Assembly (NCBI RefSeq): GCF_018977255.1
Contig: NW_024704742.1
Span: 94,180,001-94,244,000 of the forward strand
Direction of reading: 5' to 3'
Source of the DNA: Callorhinchus milii
Taxonomy: Eukaryota
Length of the DNA: 64,000 nucleotides
The notes beneath the pieces were generated by a model. That model saw only the letters and a list, made by a program, of their open reading frames with translations. It was not told the origin of the DNA and made no database searches. This document shows positions 49,125 through 61,444 of this stretch, in pieces. Position 1 is the first letter of the stretch. Every line of letters begins with the position of its first letter. A program made the position numbers and the translations under genes.

Positions 49125-49690
49125 TGGCCAATAGAGAAGTGCGGCTGCAATTTTTCGCAGAATCCGCTATAAACAGTGCCTCTGCTATAAACTGCTAAAC
49201 AATGAAGTTACTGGCCCCGGGTCTCTGTCGGCTGTTTATCCAACAAAACTATTGGTGGGGCAGCTCCGGACACACATGCACAGTGCGGCATGAGAGGAAA
49301 ATGGGCTTCGCTCCACTTGCCCCGCTGTTGTGATTGTCTGTGTGTCTCTCTATGTGTGTGTTTGTGAGTGTCTCTAAATGAGTGTGTCTCTCTCCTCTGT
49401 ATGTGTTTGTGAGTGTCTCTATGTGTTTGTGAGTGTCTGTGTGAGTGTGTCTGTGTGTCTTTCTTGTTACGTGTGTCTGTGTGTCTGTGCATATGAGTGT
49501 GGGAGTCTCTGAGAACGTGCATCTCTCTGTGATTGTATGTGTGTTTCTAGCTGTGCCCGTGTGAGTGGTGTGTGTGATGGGCCCTGAGAGGTAGGAGGTG
49601 GTGAGCTCCTGTAGCCCTGCAGTCAGGACACGGTCCTGAGCGTTTGTTTTATGGTGTTTTATAGGACCTGCGCTGGTGTTCCCGGGCCTG
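49125..49690. mobile_element. Partial reversed copy of the 6691-7419 MITE-like element, including a TG/TC microsatellite
   Basis: TIR ggccaatagagaagtgcggc; gccctgagaggtaggaggtggtgagctcctgtagcc is the reverse of 6961-6996. Confidence 0.7.
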
Positions 49691-51050
49691 AATCAAAGAT
49701 ATCCTGAAAAGATGTTCCAACATGTGCAGGTCAGCAGCAGTGTAGAATTCTGCCATACTGTTTTGAGCCTGAGCAGCAATTTCTTAAAACTGCAAAGTAT
49801 ATAAAAAAAAGCAGGGGTTTAAACAGAATCATAAATTCCAACTGAATGCTGCAGTAGTAAATACCTCTGCCTGCACCAAGGAACTGAGAATAGCAGGTTC
49901 ACGCTGTCTTTGTCCTTCAGAGACACATGAAAATCTGCAATTCCCGATGACAATACAAGCAATCAGCATTGTTACCATAGGTACAATGCTACACAACCAA
50001 CAGACTGTAACAACACTTCACTGTCGGTTTCTTTTGCACTGCCAAATATGGAAATGCAACTTAATCACCACTGATCATTACTTAAAATACATTCTGGGCA
50101 CAGAGCATATGGCATATGGGTATTACAGCCCTAAGAGTTGATGTAAGTTACAATTATTCTACAATTCACAATGCTGGCTTGCTTTCAACAATTTCTATTT
50201 TCTGTGACCAATTTCCATTAATAATCAAATGTATTCTCCAATTCAATATTGTAAGCCTTAATAGGACCATTATAAATAATAAATGTATGTAGGCATCGGG
50301 TAAGTGAATAATTTATAAATGCTAATATCAATTAGATTTCTATTACCAGTAATATTCTGAAGTACTGTACTCTGAGTATTCACAGATGCAGAGCAGGTTG
50401 TCCAATTCACAATTGTTTCAGGAATCAGAGAGGGCTTATTCCCAGTATTACTGTAATTATATCTCAGTGCCAACCTCTGCAGAATGTCTTCAGGCACAGG
50501 GACTGATCCAAAGTTTGGTAAAAATAGATCAAAGAGAAAATCTGCAGAATTTCTTTCCTAACAGCTTACTGGCTTATTTCAAAATAATTCCAAAAAAATG
50601 AAGCAATCGGCGAGAGCTGCAAAACCATTTTAAAATGAGAGCATTCAACAAATACAGTATGCTGCAAAATTGTTCTTATTCAAAACAGGAAACTGTTCTG
50701 AAATGCAAATAAATTTTATATTGCAGAGATTGCAACACAGAAATACATTGAACACTACAAATAGCTCTTTTACCAATGACATTCATAACACATCAAAATG
50801 ACTTTTTTCCTGAGACTTTCGACATATAAGCTACTGCTGCTATATTAGTTACACATATCATTTTATTTATTTCATCTAGAGTTTATATGTGATTTTATAT
50901 GACTGAATATTGCAAGCCTTTGTCAGCAAGTCAAGCAAAATCAAGAGAACAAATACACTTATACGTACATCAATTGAAAGATTTGCTACATTGCACAGTT
51001 GATGCCAGACCACTGCGATCAGTCAATTTTGACGACGGCAAAACACTTAC

Positions 51051-51299
51051 CTTGCCATTCCCAGACTAGAAAAGCTGGCAGGGACGATCAGCACATCAAG
51101 CCTGGAGAACGGGTGTGTGCCCAGAACACGATGAGCTGCTGACAAGCACCGTGCCACCAGTGGAAACAGAACTTCTTCACACTTTAGTTTCAGACAGCGT
51201 GGAGTGAACACGCGATGAGGAATAATATCCTGGCCTTGAGCAACAATGCTTTGGAAACGGCAAGGATAAGCTGTATGGCCACAAACTAGCTGGGACACA
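51051..51299 (-). CDS. AOPEP: Aminopeptidase O internal coding exon (249 bp)
   Basis: Acceptor ttttttttctgtcttttag| and donor AAG|gtaagt. Encodes VSQLVCGHTAYPCRFQSIVAQGQDIIPHRVFTPRCLKLKCEEVLFPLVARCLSAAHRVLGTHPFSRLDVLIVPASFSSLGMA, matching AP-O YPCRFQ...IIPHRVF...HPFSRLDVLIVP..SLGMA. Confidence 0.95.
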
Positions 51300-51459
51300 C
51301 TAAAAGACAGAAAAAAAAACAATGGAGCATGCAGAGAATATAAATGACCTGCAGGAACAACATCAATAGCCATTGCTAAAAATGTGGATTAATGCAATTG
51401 GATGGGGAAAAAAACTATATTGCAGGGCTTGGGATGCAAGCAGGTGAGTGACTTAGATC

Positions 51460-51778
51460 ATAATAATAATAATCCTTGCATTTGATATAGCGCTTTTCAC
51501 GTCGGGAGGACGTCCCAAAGCGCTTCACAGAACACTGTAAAGTGAAAATTGACTGTATATTTGTGGGCGAACGCGGCAGCCAATTGCGCACAGCAATGTC
51601 CCACAAACAGTCGTAGATTGAAAATGACCAACTTATTATTGGTTTTGTTTTTTTTTGGTGGGATTAATATTAGGCGTGTGGAGTAAGGAAACTTGCCCAA
51701 GGTTTCGCCCTGCCTGGAATTGAACTCAGGTCTCTCGCTTGCAAAGCGAATGCTCTAACCACTGAGCTACAGGACTCC
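51460..51778 (-). mobile_element. Young tRNA(Ala)-derived SINE
   Basis: Near-consensus copy, ~160 bp upstream (in gene orientation) of the AOPEP acceptor at 51300. Confidence 0.92.
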
Positions 51779-53062
51779 ATGTGGCTTATGTGGAGAAAAA
51801 CAACAGTGCAAGCTCTAATGGGCCAAATAGCCTGATTCTGTGCTGTAATATTCTATGGTTCTATATCGTCGAGTGGTACCACAATAACAATGCGCTGTCC
51901 AACAATCAAACAAACACAGTCAAGTTATTCACAAATTACCAGTGAGCATTAATTTCAGTCCAGGTCACTTTATTATCCCCATATCATATGGAAACTAATC
52001 GATTCTCCAGGTAGCAAAATACTTGGCTTGTTTCTAATTTCAGAGTTTATTATAATAAATGATAATAATAATAATCCTTACATTTTATGTAGCACCCATC
52101 ACGTCAGGAGGACGTCTCAAAGCGCTTCACAGAATATAATGTAATGTGATGTGACTGTCATTCAGGGCAAATCATTCAGTAGTATGTAGATCTAATGAGA
52201 TTATGTAGTTGTGATTGAATGAGTTTATGTAAGGATGAGTAAAAAAAAAATGTTTTAAACAATTTTCAAGGGTAAATCAACTTTTTTGAGTGAAAGCCGA
52301 TTGGTAAAACATGATTGTCACCTGATCTTCATTCATAAAACTTGGATTTTACTTTGTCTGTCATGGTGCGCTCACTGCATTGGCAGTTTTGTGAAATGAG
52401 CATTACAATGTGACACCCGGGCAGGTGAGTGGGTTCTGGGACAGTGTGTTTGCATCACACAGCTTCACGTTAATAACACAAAAAAATCAATCAATTTTGG
52501 TGCCTCAATCTGTGAATTTTAAAAATATAATGTTTTGTTTGTATCTGGTTTGATGTATTGAACTTTTTTTTGTTTCAAAAGAAATTCCGATTTTCACCAA
52601 ATTTACTCAGGGGGTTTGCGTCTCCCAGTATAAAAAATACTTCCTGGTGCTGGTTTTAAAATTGTCCCTCGCAAGCCTGAACTGCTGCCTTGGTGTGTTT
52701 GAAAGTATCGTTCTAGATTTAATTTCTCTGTCTCTTGCAGAATGACTCCTTGAGTAAAATACTAGAGTGCCCATCACATATGGAATCATATTCCAGCTTG
52801 GATCAGTGACTTCTGCAGAAGATAAATAAGTTGCAAATGAAAGAGAAAAATTGTTTATTAGATTTTGTACATTATGATGACATGAGGTTATTTCTCAAGT
52901 TTATTTTTAATTTAAATCTTTCTCTGATTCGTTTTAGATGCCTAACATCTCTTTTCAGTGAGTCTGCATTAATAGAAAAACTAAGTTGTCTATTGATTCA
53001 TCCATTTAGATTTTAAAAGATTTTAAATGACCTCTAAACTAGTTTCTATATACTATAATAGT

Positions 53063-53437
53063 ATAATAATAATAATCCTTGCATTTGATACAGGGCCTTA
53101 TCAAGTCTTCAGGACAAAGCGCTTCACAGGATATACTATAAAGTGAATTGACTGTATGTTTTGTGGGCGACTCGCGGCTGCCAATTGCACATAGCAGTGT
53201 CCTGCAAACAGTCGTGGATTGAGTGACCAAATTTATTTTTATTTTTTTAATTATTTTTTGGAAGGATTATTACCTCCGGAAAAGCAATTCGCCAATCGAC
53301 GAACATACGGGTTCCTACTTACTGTTAGGTAAACAGAGGTGTAACAAAACTTGCCCATCGTTTCGCCCTGCTGGGAATTGAACCCTTGTCCTCTCACATG
53401 CGAGGAGAGTGCTCTAACCACTAAGCTACAGGACTTC
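53063..53437 (-). mobile_element. tRNA(Ala)-derived SINE, long variant
   Basis: Shares the extra segment with 9532-9886. Confidence 0.85.
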
Positions 53438-53504
53438 TAGCACACTGCAAGCATAAATTATCAGACTGATACGTAATGGGACCCATTGTTATGCAAATAT
53501 TTAG

Positions 53505-55312
53505 CAACAACAACAACAAGATTACATTTGTATAGCGCCTTTCACGTCGGGAGGACATCCCAAGGCACTGGACAGTGTACAGCATTTCAGACCCAAGCGG
53601 AGGTTGGGGGGGAAAGGGAGGGGAGGGGAAGGGGAGGGTGATCGATGGCATGGTCAAAGAGGAGGGTTTTGAGGTGGGACTTGAAGGAGGCTAAAGAGGG
53701 GGCGAGACGGAGTGATTGGGGGATGGAATTCCAGAGGTTGGGGGCAGAATGGCTGAAGGCTCTCCTCCCAATGGTAGGGCGGGTGGGGCGGGGGATGTGG
53801 AGCAGGCGGGAGCCGGCTGAGCGGAGGGAGCGGGCGGGTTGGTAGGGGGTTAGGAGGTCACAGAGATGGGGTGGGGAGAGGCCATTGAGGGCTTTGTAGG
53901 TGAGGACCAGGATTTTGAACTGGATCCTTTGAAGGATAAGGAGCCAATGGAGTTGGGCGAGAATGGGGGAGATGGGATCACGGAGTTCGGTGCGGGAGAG
54001 GACATGGGCTGCAGAGTTCTGGATTATCTGCAGCCCTGTGGAGGGAGGAGTTGGGAAGGCCGACAAGCAGAACGTCTGCATAGTCGAGCCTGGAGGTGAT
54101 GAAGGCATGAACAAGAGTTTCAGCGTCCTGAGGGGTGAGGTAGTGGCGGAGTCGGGCGATGTACGGAGGTGAGGGAAGGCAGAGCGGGTCATGGCTTGGA
54201 TGTGGGGAAAAAGAGACAGTTGAGGGTCGAACAAGACACCTGGGTTCCTGACTGGTTTGGTGAGTTGAGGTGTGCAACCATGGAGGTTGATGCTGCCAGA
54301 GCCTGAGGTGCTGAGGCGCTGACGCGAGCCAATCAGGAGAGCCTCAGTCTTGTTCACATTCAACTGTAGGACATTTGCACTCATCCAGGACTTGATGTCC
54401 GACAGGCAGTCTGTCAGGAAAGCAGTGGTCCTGGAGTTGAGGGTGGAGGCAGAAAGATAGAGTTGGGTGTCATCCGCATACATATGGAAGTTAACCCGCA
54501 TGTCTGCGGATGATGTTACCAAGGGGAAGCATGTAGATATTAGAGAGGAGGGGGCCAAGGACAGAGCCCTGGGGGCTGGGCGAGAAACTGTTAAAGGCAA
54601 CAAAGTGGAGAGGGTGAGAGAGATAGGACTCAAATCAGGCAAGGGCAGGTCCGCGAAGATTAAAGGGGAGAGGTGGTGTATGAGGATGAAGTGGTCGACA
54701 GTGTCGAAGGCAGCAGAGAGATCGAGGAGGAAGCTCAATCCAGCGCGGAAGCCGGATTGGAGGGGTTCAAAGAGGGAATGGCGAGAGAGAATGAAGCGGA
54801 GCTGGGACACAACGACTTGTTCCTGGACCTTGGAGAGGAATGGGAGGTTAGAGATGGGGCGTAACTGAAGAGTAGGGATGGGTCCAGGGAAGGTTTTTTT
54901 TCAGGATGGGGCTGATGACGGCTGTTTTTAGGGGGGTAGGAACTGAACCGGTGGACAAGGTAAGGTTGATGACGTCAGATAGGAGAGGGGCCAGAAAGTG
55001 GAGCTGGGAGATGAGGAGAGAGGTGGGAATGGGATCGAGGGAGCAGGTGGTGGGTTTGAGTTTGTGGACAATCACGGTGAGGGAGGAGGGAGAGATAGGG
55101 TCGCAGGAGTATAGGGGTGGATGGGTGGGGTATAGGTCATGAGAGAGAGATGATGTAGTGGTGGCAGTGGATGCGGCAGAGGTGGCTGAACGTATCCCCT
55201 CGATTTTGGATTCGAGGAAGTCTCCTCACAGTTGGAGTTTGAGGAGAGGATAGGTGAGGCCTGGGAAGGTGGACGGAGGAGACCGGTTGTGGTGGAAAAG
55301 AGAAGCCTAGCA
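53505..55312 (-). mobile_element. 5'-truncated L2 LINE (RT)
   Basis: 407-aa ORF with YADD and upstream KPTTCSLDPIPT; same subfamily as 18293-19797. Its 5' end is ~45 bp from the exon donor at 55356. Confidence 0.93.
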
Positions 55313-55356
55313 AACACTTCCATTACAGAGCCCAGAGTTAGAAACATGATACTAAC

Positions 55357-55510
55357 CTGCAATTGTCATTCTCACAGGCTGATGAGGCGGGTAATGGATT
55401 GAAAACCTGGGAACTAAAGCTGGAATTAGCTTCCACCCAATATCCTACAGCAATTGTGAATGTAGACGCTGGCATAGGCATGGTCACATAATAAAACCAT
55501 TTCGAGAGAC
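55357..55510 (-). CDS. AOPEP: Aminopeptidase O internal coding exon (154 bp), not in the ORF track
   Basis: Reverse strand reads tttgttgcag|GT CTC TCG AAA...: (G)LSKWFYYVTMPMPASTFTIAVGYWVEANSSFSSQVFNPLPASSACENDNC, ending AG|gttagt. It matches the recalled human AP-O segment WYYYVTMPMPASTFTIAVGCW. The phase-2 end joins the next exon in frame (AG+T = Ser). Confidence 0.93.
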
Positions 55511-56013
55511 CTGCAACAAAACAGTTATTTTAATTCAACTTCGCCAACTGATTTCTTACTCCATTTCATAAAAAAAAATTGCTCATCAACAAAAAATAAT
55601 CTTTGCATTTGATATAGCGCCTTATCATGCCGTTGAGACATCTCAAAGCGCTTCACAGGGTATATTGCAAAGTGGATCGACTGTGTATTTTGTGAACAAA
55701 ATATATTAATAAATTACAAATAGTAGGAATTGCTCTCAGTCATAACTCTGTACAACTTTTTTGAAATGGACATGATAACTTTCAGATAAGCACACAAAGG
55801 TAGGAAGGACCACCTGCAATCTAACATTGACTATTGAAGTAAGAAGGTTGCCCAGGTGGTCGGTCTCCTTGCACATTGACATGTTGTTGGGAGCAGTGCC
55901 TACCTTTGTATCTCGGACCTTGACAGGGAATCAGGGAATATTATTTGGCAATTTCCCATGACAATGTGGTCAGCGGTACATACAGACTCATTCTCTCCCC
56001 TCCCACACACACA

Positions 56014-56138
56014 CCAATTAGTTGTACACATTTTACCGGCCTTGAGAGCATGAAAGGCCAATTCAACCTCATTGGGATTCAAATCCATAATCTCCTAACT
56101 AAGGCACTAGGCACCCTACCAGTTGAGCAATTCCAGCC
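56014..56138 (-). mobile_element. Old tRNA-derived SINE fragment, possibly Meta-domain type
   Basis: Reverse strand has a tRNA-like head (gctcaactggtag...gatttgaatccc) followed by gaggttgaattggcctttcatgc..ggccggtaaaatg, resembling the recalled GGTTGACTCAGCCTTCCATCC..GGTCGGTAAAATG motif. Confidence 0.4.
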
Positions 56139-56994
56139 TTAATTTACTGGTACAGTTCTGCCAGATTCACACAATCGATTTCCAAGGCTAAGAAGTAGTA
56201 ATAAATAATTATCTTCTCCCTACAGACCTTGAACAACTGTGTCATCAACTGTACAATCAATTTGCTGAAGTTTTAATTGCCTCAACTGCTGTTCTTTCTG
56301 CTAACCCTTTAGGGTTTGTGCATTAGGTAAAAAACATAAGTATACTGTTTCTGTGATGACTGTGATCCTTTTATTGAATCAATTATTGGGCAACTAACTG
56401 GAATCTGCAGCTCAATTCGTTTTTCCGAAAAACGTTTTTGTTAAAATGACAGCAGCTCAGTCCGATAATGAGGAGAACCCAAAGTGTGAAACCTAATGTT
56501 TATTCATGCCTGACGATGTTACCCAGAGCTTTATCCTCAACCCAACAGTGAGACAGCAGTAAATTGGTACAAAAGCATCGTGAACACAGACAATAGGAAG
56601 TATCCTGTCAATACCAGAGCAAGTAGTAACAGAGTTAGATTTTAATTGGAGGCCCCTGCAGGTGGTTATCTTTATCACTGGAGACATTTTGGAATTTTGA
56701 TTAAGGTTAATAATGAAGACAGAAGACAGAAGTCTGTGAAAACCTCCTCTGCCTCCGCACTATTGTATGAAATGTATCAGACTTAACCCAAAGTTAATAG
56801 CTTTGAGGGTATGTTTTGGCTCCTAAAAACAATTAAAAATGAAATATACTATGTGTAAAGTATGCTTTTAAATAAAAACTGGAGGCGAGCAATGTGAACT
56901 ACTAGAGGTCAATGAGAGTCAAGGAGACAATGGCAGCATACTGACTAACAAGCACTGACTGAAAATGTAGCCCCAGTAAAAAACATAATTTTTG

Positions 56995-57280
56995 TGGTCA
57001 GTTGGCTGTCCGACACATGTGGAAAACCATGCTTAAGAGTGTCCAATCCAAACTCCATGCATCCCACCTAAATATAGAAATTCCAGAGATATGGAAATGT
57101 TCACTCTCTCCCTAGAGAGATGCATCCTGCTTAACTAATTCCAGAGAGCTTTCAGAGCAGGTTGGCAAGGGCAAAATCTTTGGGATCCCAAATTATGGTT
57201 TTACGTAATGCACAAAACCCTAAAGGGTGCACAGGTGTACTACTGGAGTCTAACCAGCTAAAACTGGATAGCTTGCCATT
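56995..57280 (-). repeat. Unclassified dispersed repeat fragment
   Basis: Reverse match to 32600-32863. Confidence 0.7.
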
Positions 57281-57564
57281 GCATAATTTAGAACCATGAT
57301 TGGAGACATAAGGAGCCAATAATTTGTATTGTCAGCTCTCCGTTATTTAAAACAAAAGGTTTTTATATTTTATGTCTGAAATTTACCAGAAAGCACCTGG
57401 GCTCCCAATCAAGCTTTCACCTCCATGGGTAAACATGGTAAAGTCATATTAATTACATAATAGAGGGAAACAATAAATGTACAGAAAGGCATTTGTAAAT
57501 TCAGGTTTTTACTAATGAATAAGCAGGAATTGTTTGTGGTATCGCCTATACAGTTACTACACTT

Positions 57565-58135
57565 AGCAGTCGGCCTCCCCAACTCCTTCCTCCATAGGCT
57601 GCAGACCATCCAGAACTCTGCAGCCCGTGTCCTCTCCTGCACCAGGCTCCGTGACCCTATCATCACCATCCTCGCACAACTGCACTGGCTTCCCATCACA
57701 CAGAGGATACAGTTTAAGATCCTGGGCCTCACCTTCAAAGTCCTCCATGGTCTCGCTCCCCCCTACCTCTGCGACCTCCTAACCCCCTACCATCCTGCCC
57801 GTTCCCTCTGCTCAGTGGGCTCCGGCCTGCTTCCCGCCCTCCGCCTCGCTCACCCCACCATTGGCGGGCGGGCCTTCTGCCACTCTGCCCCCACCCTCTG
57901 GAAATCCATCCCGCAGTCTCTCTGCCTTGCTCCCTCCCTTGCCTCCTTCAAGACCCATCTCAAGACCCTCCTCTTCGACTATGCTTTCCATCACTCTGAA
58001 TTCCAAACCAAACCCTCATGCCCTCCACCCTCCCCAATCCCAACTGCCAGCTCGGGTCAGAAACACTGACTCTCCAGCGCCTTGGCACGTCCTCCCAACA
58101 TGAAAGACGCTATACAAATGTAATTTTGTTGTTGT
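57565..58135 (+). mobile_element. L2 LINE 3' fragment
   Basis: LQTIQNSAARVL...LHWLPITQRIQFK...FKTHLKTLLF; tail present. Confidence 0.9.
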
Positions 58136-59414
58136 AGCAGTAAATCCTATCAAGCCTTTTGAAACATTGAGACAATGTTATAGGGCACTATATCAAATGT
58201 CAGATTATTATTTTCATTACACTCTGATAAAATAATTTATTTGAACACTATATAATATACAAGAGAATTTCTGTGCAATTTCATAAATCACCAAGCAGCA
58301 TCAAATCATGGTCTGAGGACAATAACTATGGCAACAATCCTCCCACAGTAATCAATGGAAACACTCAGGAAAGCATACATTTTGCAACTTCTCATTCTGT
58401 AGATAACATAAGTGAATTAGTAATTCGAGGAGACTTCTGTGTGTTTAATAATTGTTCATGAATCTTGCAATTTCTTTTTAAATAAAAGATAAAAGGCATA
58501 AAAGAAATGTGTATAGCAGATGACCGTCATCATCAACCCCTCTCGTAACCCTTTTCTCCTAAATGTCAACTTGTGTTGGTAGGTGACAGTGACTCTTCAG
58601 TCCCTAGCTGATAACAAAAACTTGCATTTATATAGCACCCTTCATGTAGGATAGCATCTTGGAGCGCAGCACAATGGCGGGGTTGGACACTGAGCGAGGG
58701 AAAGGGTTAAGAGGAGGTGAGCAAACCCGCTGTGGAAGAGGCCACGTCTTAAAGAGGGATTTAAAAGAGGGGGATTAGATAAAGGGATTGAGGCAGGGAG
58801 TTCCAGAGGTTAGGGGCAGAGTGACTAATGGCGCGGTCACTGATGAAGGCACGGAGGGATTGGGGGATGCACAGAAGGTCTGAGTTGCCCGCTGAGCAAA
58901 GGCGCCAGGCAGTAGAGTGGGGTATGAGCAACCATAAATATTATTTATGAGCATGAACAGTAAATGCATTGAGACATTCAACCATGAGGGTGCTATCTCA
59001 ATTGAGCACACTTACAGCAGGGAATTGCTATATACAACAACAACAAGATTCCATTTATAAAGAATTTTTGCTCTTCTATAAAGTGGGATGTCCGAGGCCA
59101 CTTCATTGTCTCAGCTAGAACTGCAGACAGAAAAGGGATCTTATCTGAGGCCACACACAAGAATCACGGAAGAGCATTATTCACAAGAATAATGGCAGTG
59201 GGATTCACACACAAGATTAGAAACTGAGACCTTTTTATGCCAAACACACTCTTCCAGGAAGAGAGGGTCTGTACAAACCATATTTTGGTTTGTTGTAATA
59301 GTTTTTGTAAAGAATTCCTCACATCCATACAATAATAGTGTATCTTGGAAAAATTGCATTTCTTTGTTGCTTTTGAATAAGAATCTTATAAGTTAAGCTT
59401 TCAGCAGTTACAGC

Positions 59415-59828
59415 ATTGGGGCTTCACTGGCTCCCTGTTCCCCCACAAGATCGAGTTCAAAATCCTTGTCCTCACTTTCAAAGCACAAACTTGCTCTTCC
59501 CTACCTCTGTGGCCTGCAACTCCTGACAATTCCCGCCATTGGTCTGCTCCACCATTGGCAGGTCGGGCCTTCAGCCTTTCTGCCCTCACCATTTGGAACT
59601 CCATCCCACAGTCCCTTCTTCTCACCCCCTCCAGGCCTCCTTCAAGGCCCATCTCAAGACCTTCTTCTTCGACTATGCCTATGGTCACCCTCCTACCCCC
59701 ACCCTCCCTACTCTCCACCCCTCCTGATCCCAGCCCCTAGCTTGGGTGCACGTCTTTGACTATCCAGCGCTTTGGGATCCCCTCCTAATGTGAAAGGCAC
59801 TCTACAAATGTAATTTAGTATTGTTGTT
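59415..59828 (+). mobile_element. L2 LINE 3' fragment
   Basis: cttcactggctccc...gagttcaaaatcc and tail. Confidence 0.8.
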
Positions 59829-60734
59829 ATATTTATATCCAGCAGCTATGGATTTGTAAACAAAATATAATGCTCTTCCGTGATTCTTTCATCGTGCAAG
59901 TATGATTTTTCCTGGTTTAGTTATTCACAGATGTTCAGTAGTTTGCTTCGCACTGCTAACCAGGAAACAATTTATATTCTTAAAAAATGATACATTGAAG
60001 ACGTATACTGGAATATTCCTACAGAATAAGTATCTACATGTAGTACTCTGACAAACCAAATACAACAATAAAGAATATTATGTTTTTCATTTTATAACCA
60101 AAACAGATTTTGCCTTTTTAAGTCTGAACTGTTGAAAACTCTCACCTATTTCCTTAAAAACAGACTGCAAATGAAGCATGCAAAATCTGGTCACGTGAAC
60201 AAGATAACTGCAATTTCATTACCAGATTAGGATGTTAAACTGTAGTGCTATAGAACATTTTCTATATTCCTTATTATCTAACAGTGCTTTTGACCCTTTT
60301 TATTACATTTACTAATCTGATTTTCTTCCATTTCAGCAATGGCAGGAAAGCATTCAGACAGGATCTTAAAATGTCTCAATTTCTACTGAGGTGTATTTGA
60401 ATATTCTTTCATTTTTTTCCATTGAAGTGCACTTAAATATCATTAATTGAATGTAATCCACTGTAAGTTTATAAAGCAGCAGATGGAGCTACTTATCTCC
60501 ATCCATAAATCCATTTCTCAAAAAGGGAAAGAATTAATACACTGGGTTTCAAAATGTTTTTTGATGAATTTTTAATGGATCAATGCGAGGAATATTAGTG
60601 CTGAAAATGGAACACTTTCTCATTTCGGGCACACAGAGTCTTGTAAGTCAGATGTTAGCTGCATATTAAAGCTCCATTTACTCTGCCTAAATTAAAACAA
60701 AAGATACTCTATCTTGTAATTCTTTACAAGAAAA

Positions 60735-61165
60735 TGATACCAGGCATGAGGGACTTTAGTTATGAGGAGAGATTGGAGAAATATTTTCATGGGAGCAGAG
60801 AAGGTTGAAAGGGGATCTGAGAGATGTACATCATTATGATGGATTTTGCCAAGGTAAATAGGGAGATGCTATTGCCACTAGTAGGGGAACTAGACAACAT
60901 AGTTATAGGATAGTCACAAGAAGAGTGAAAATAGAGTTCAGGTGATTCTCTTTCATTCAGAGTTGTTAGGATGTAGATTGCCTTGCCAGGTAAAATGCTG
61001 GAAGCAGATGGATTTCAAGAGAGAAGTAGACAAGAATCTGAAGGATAGAGGCTTGAAGGGGTACAGGGATAAGGGAAGGCAGTGGGATTGAATGAACACC
61101 ATGCTCTGAGAACTGGTCAAAATCAATGGGCCAAATAGCCTCTATCTTTGCTGTAAATGTCTGAT
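60735..61165 (+). mobile_element. Old CR1 LINE 3' fragment
   Basis: atgataccaggcatgagggactttagttatgaggagagattggaga...gggccaaatagcct. Confidence 0.7.
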
Positions 61166-61444
61166 TCAATGGCACCAGTGTGATATTTTCCATTGTCCAC
61201 ATCGCCCATCTTTGTGGACCTTTGCAGTCAAATTAATGGTGCTGAATTAGAGACAGTTGTGAGTGTGGTTCAGTGGAGAGCAAGCTAACACTGTGTAAAC
61301 TCATTTCACATAGGTACTTTACAGCTAAATATTAACAGAGAACTTGGGGGTGGTGTGGAGAAGAGAAATTAAGAGAAGTTTGGCTCCAGAGTAAGAAATG
61401 GAAAACTTAATGGGAAAGCTCACGATCGATGAAACAACAATACA

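Larger units (their letters stand above)
3019..51050 (-). other. AOPEP: 48,032 bp phase-2 GT-AG intron of AOPEP
   Basis: The flanking exons join as ...SLGMA-S-PHI..., which is contiguous in the recalled AP-O protein, so no constitutive coding exon is needed in between. Confidence 0.88.

Noticed and set aside
52607..52814. 60-aa ORF with a good upstream acceptor (ttatcttctgcag) as an extra AOPEP exon
   Set aside because: The neighbouring exons already join in frame. In the required phase it hits TGA after two codons, and LARDNFKTSTRKYF resembles a decayed CR1 C-terminus.
55379..55404. CTGATGAG...GAAA hammerhead-like motif
   Set aside because: No stem II can form, and it is the antisense of an AOPEP coding exon.
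61296..61314. CCTATGTGAAATGAGTT (minus strand) resembling an LF-SINE segment
   Set aside because: Only a ~17 nt recalled match with no convincing flanking alignment; needs a Dfam search.
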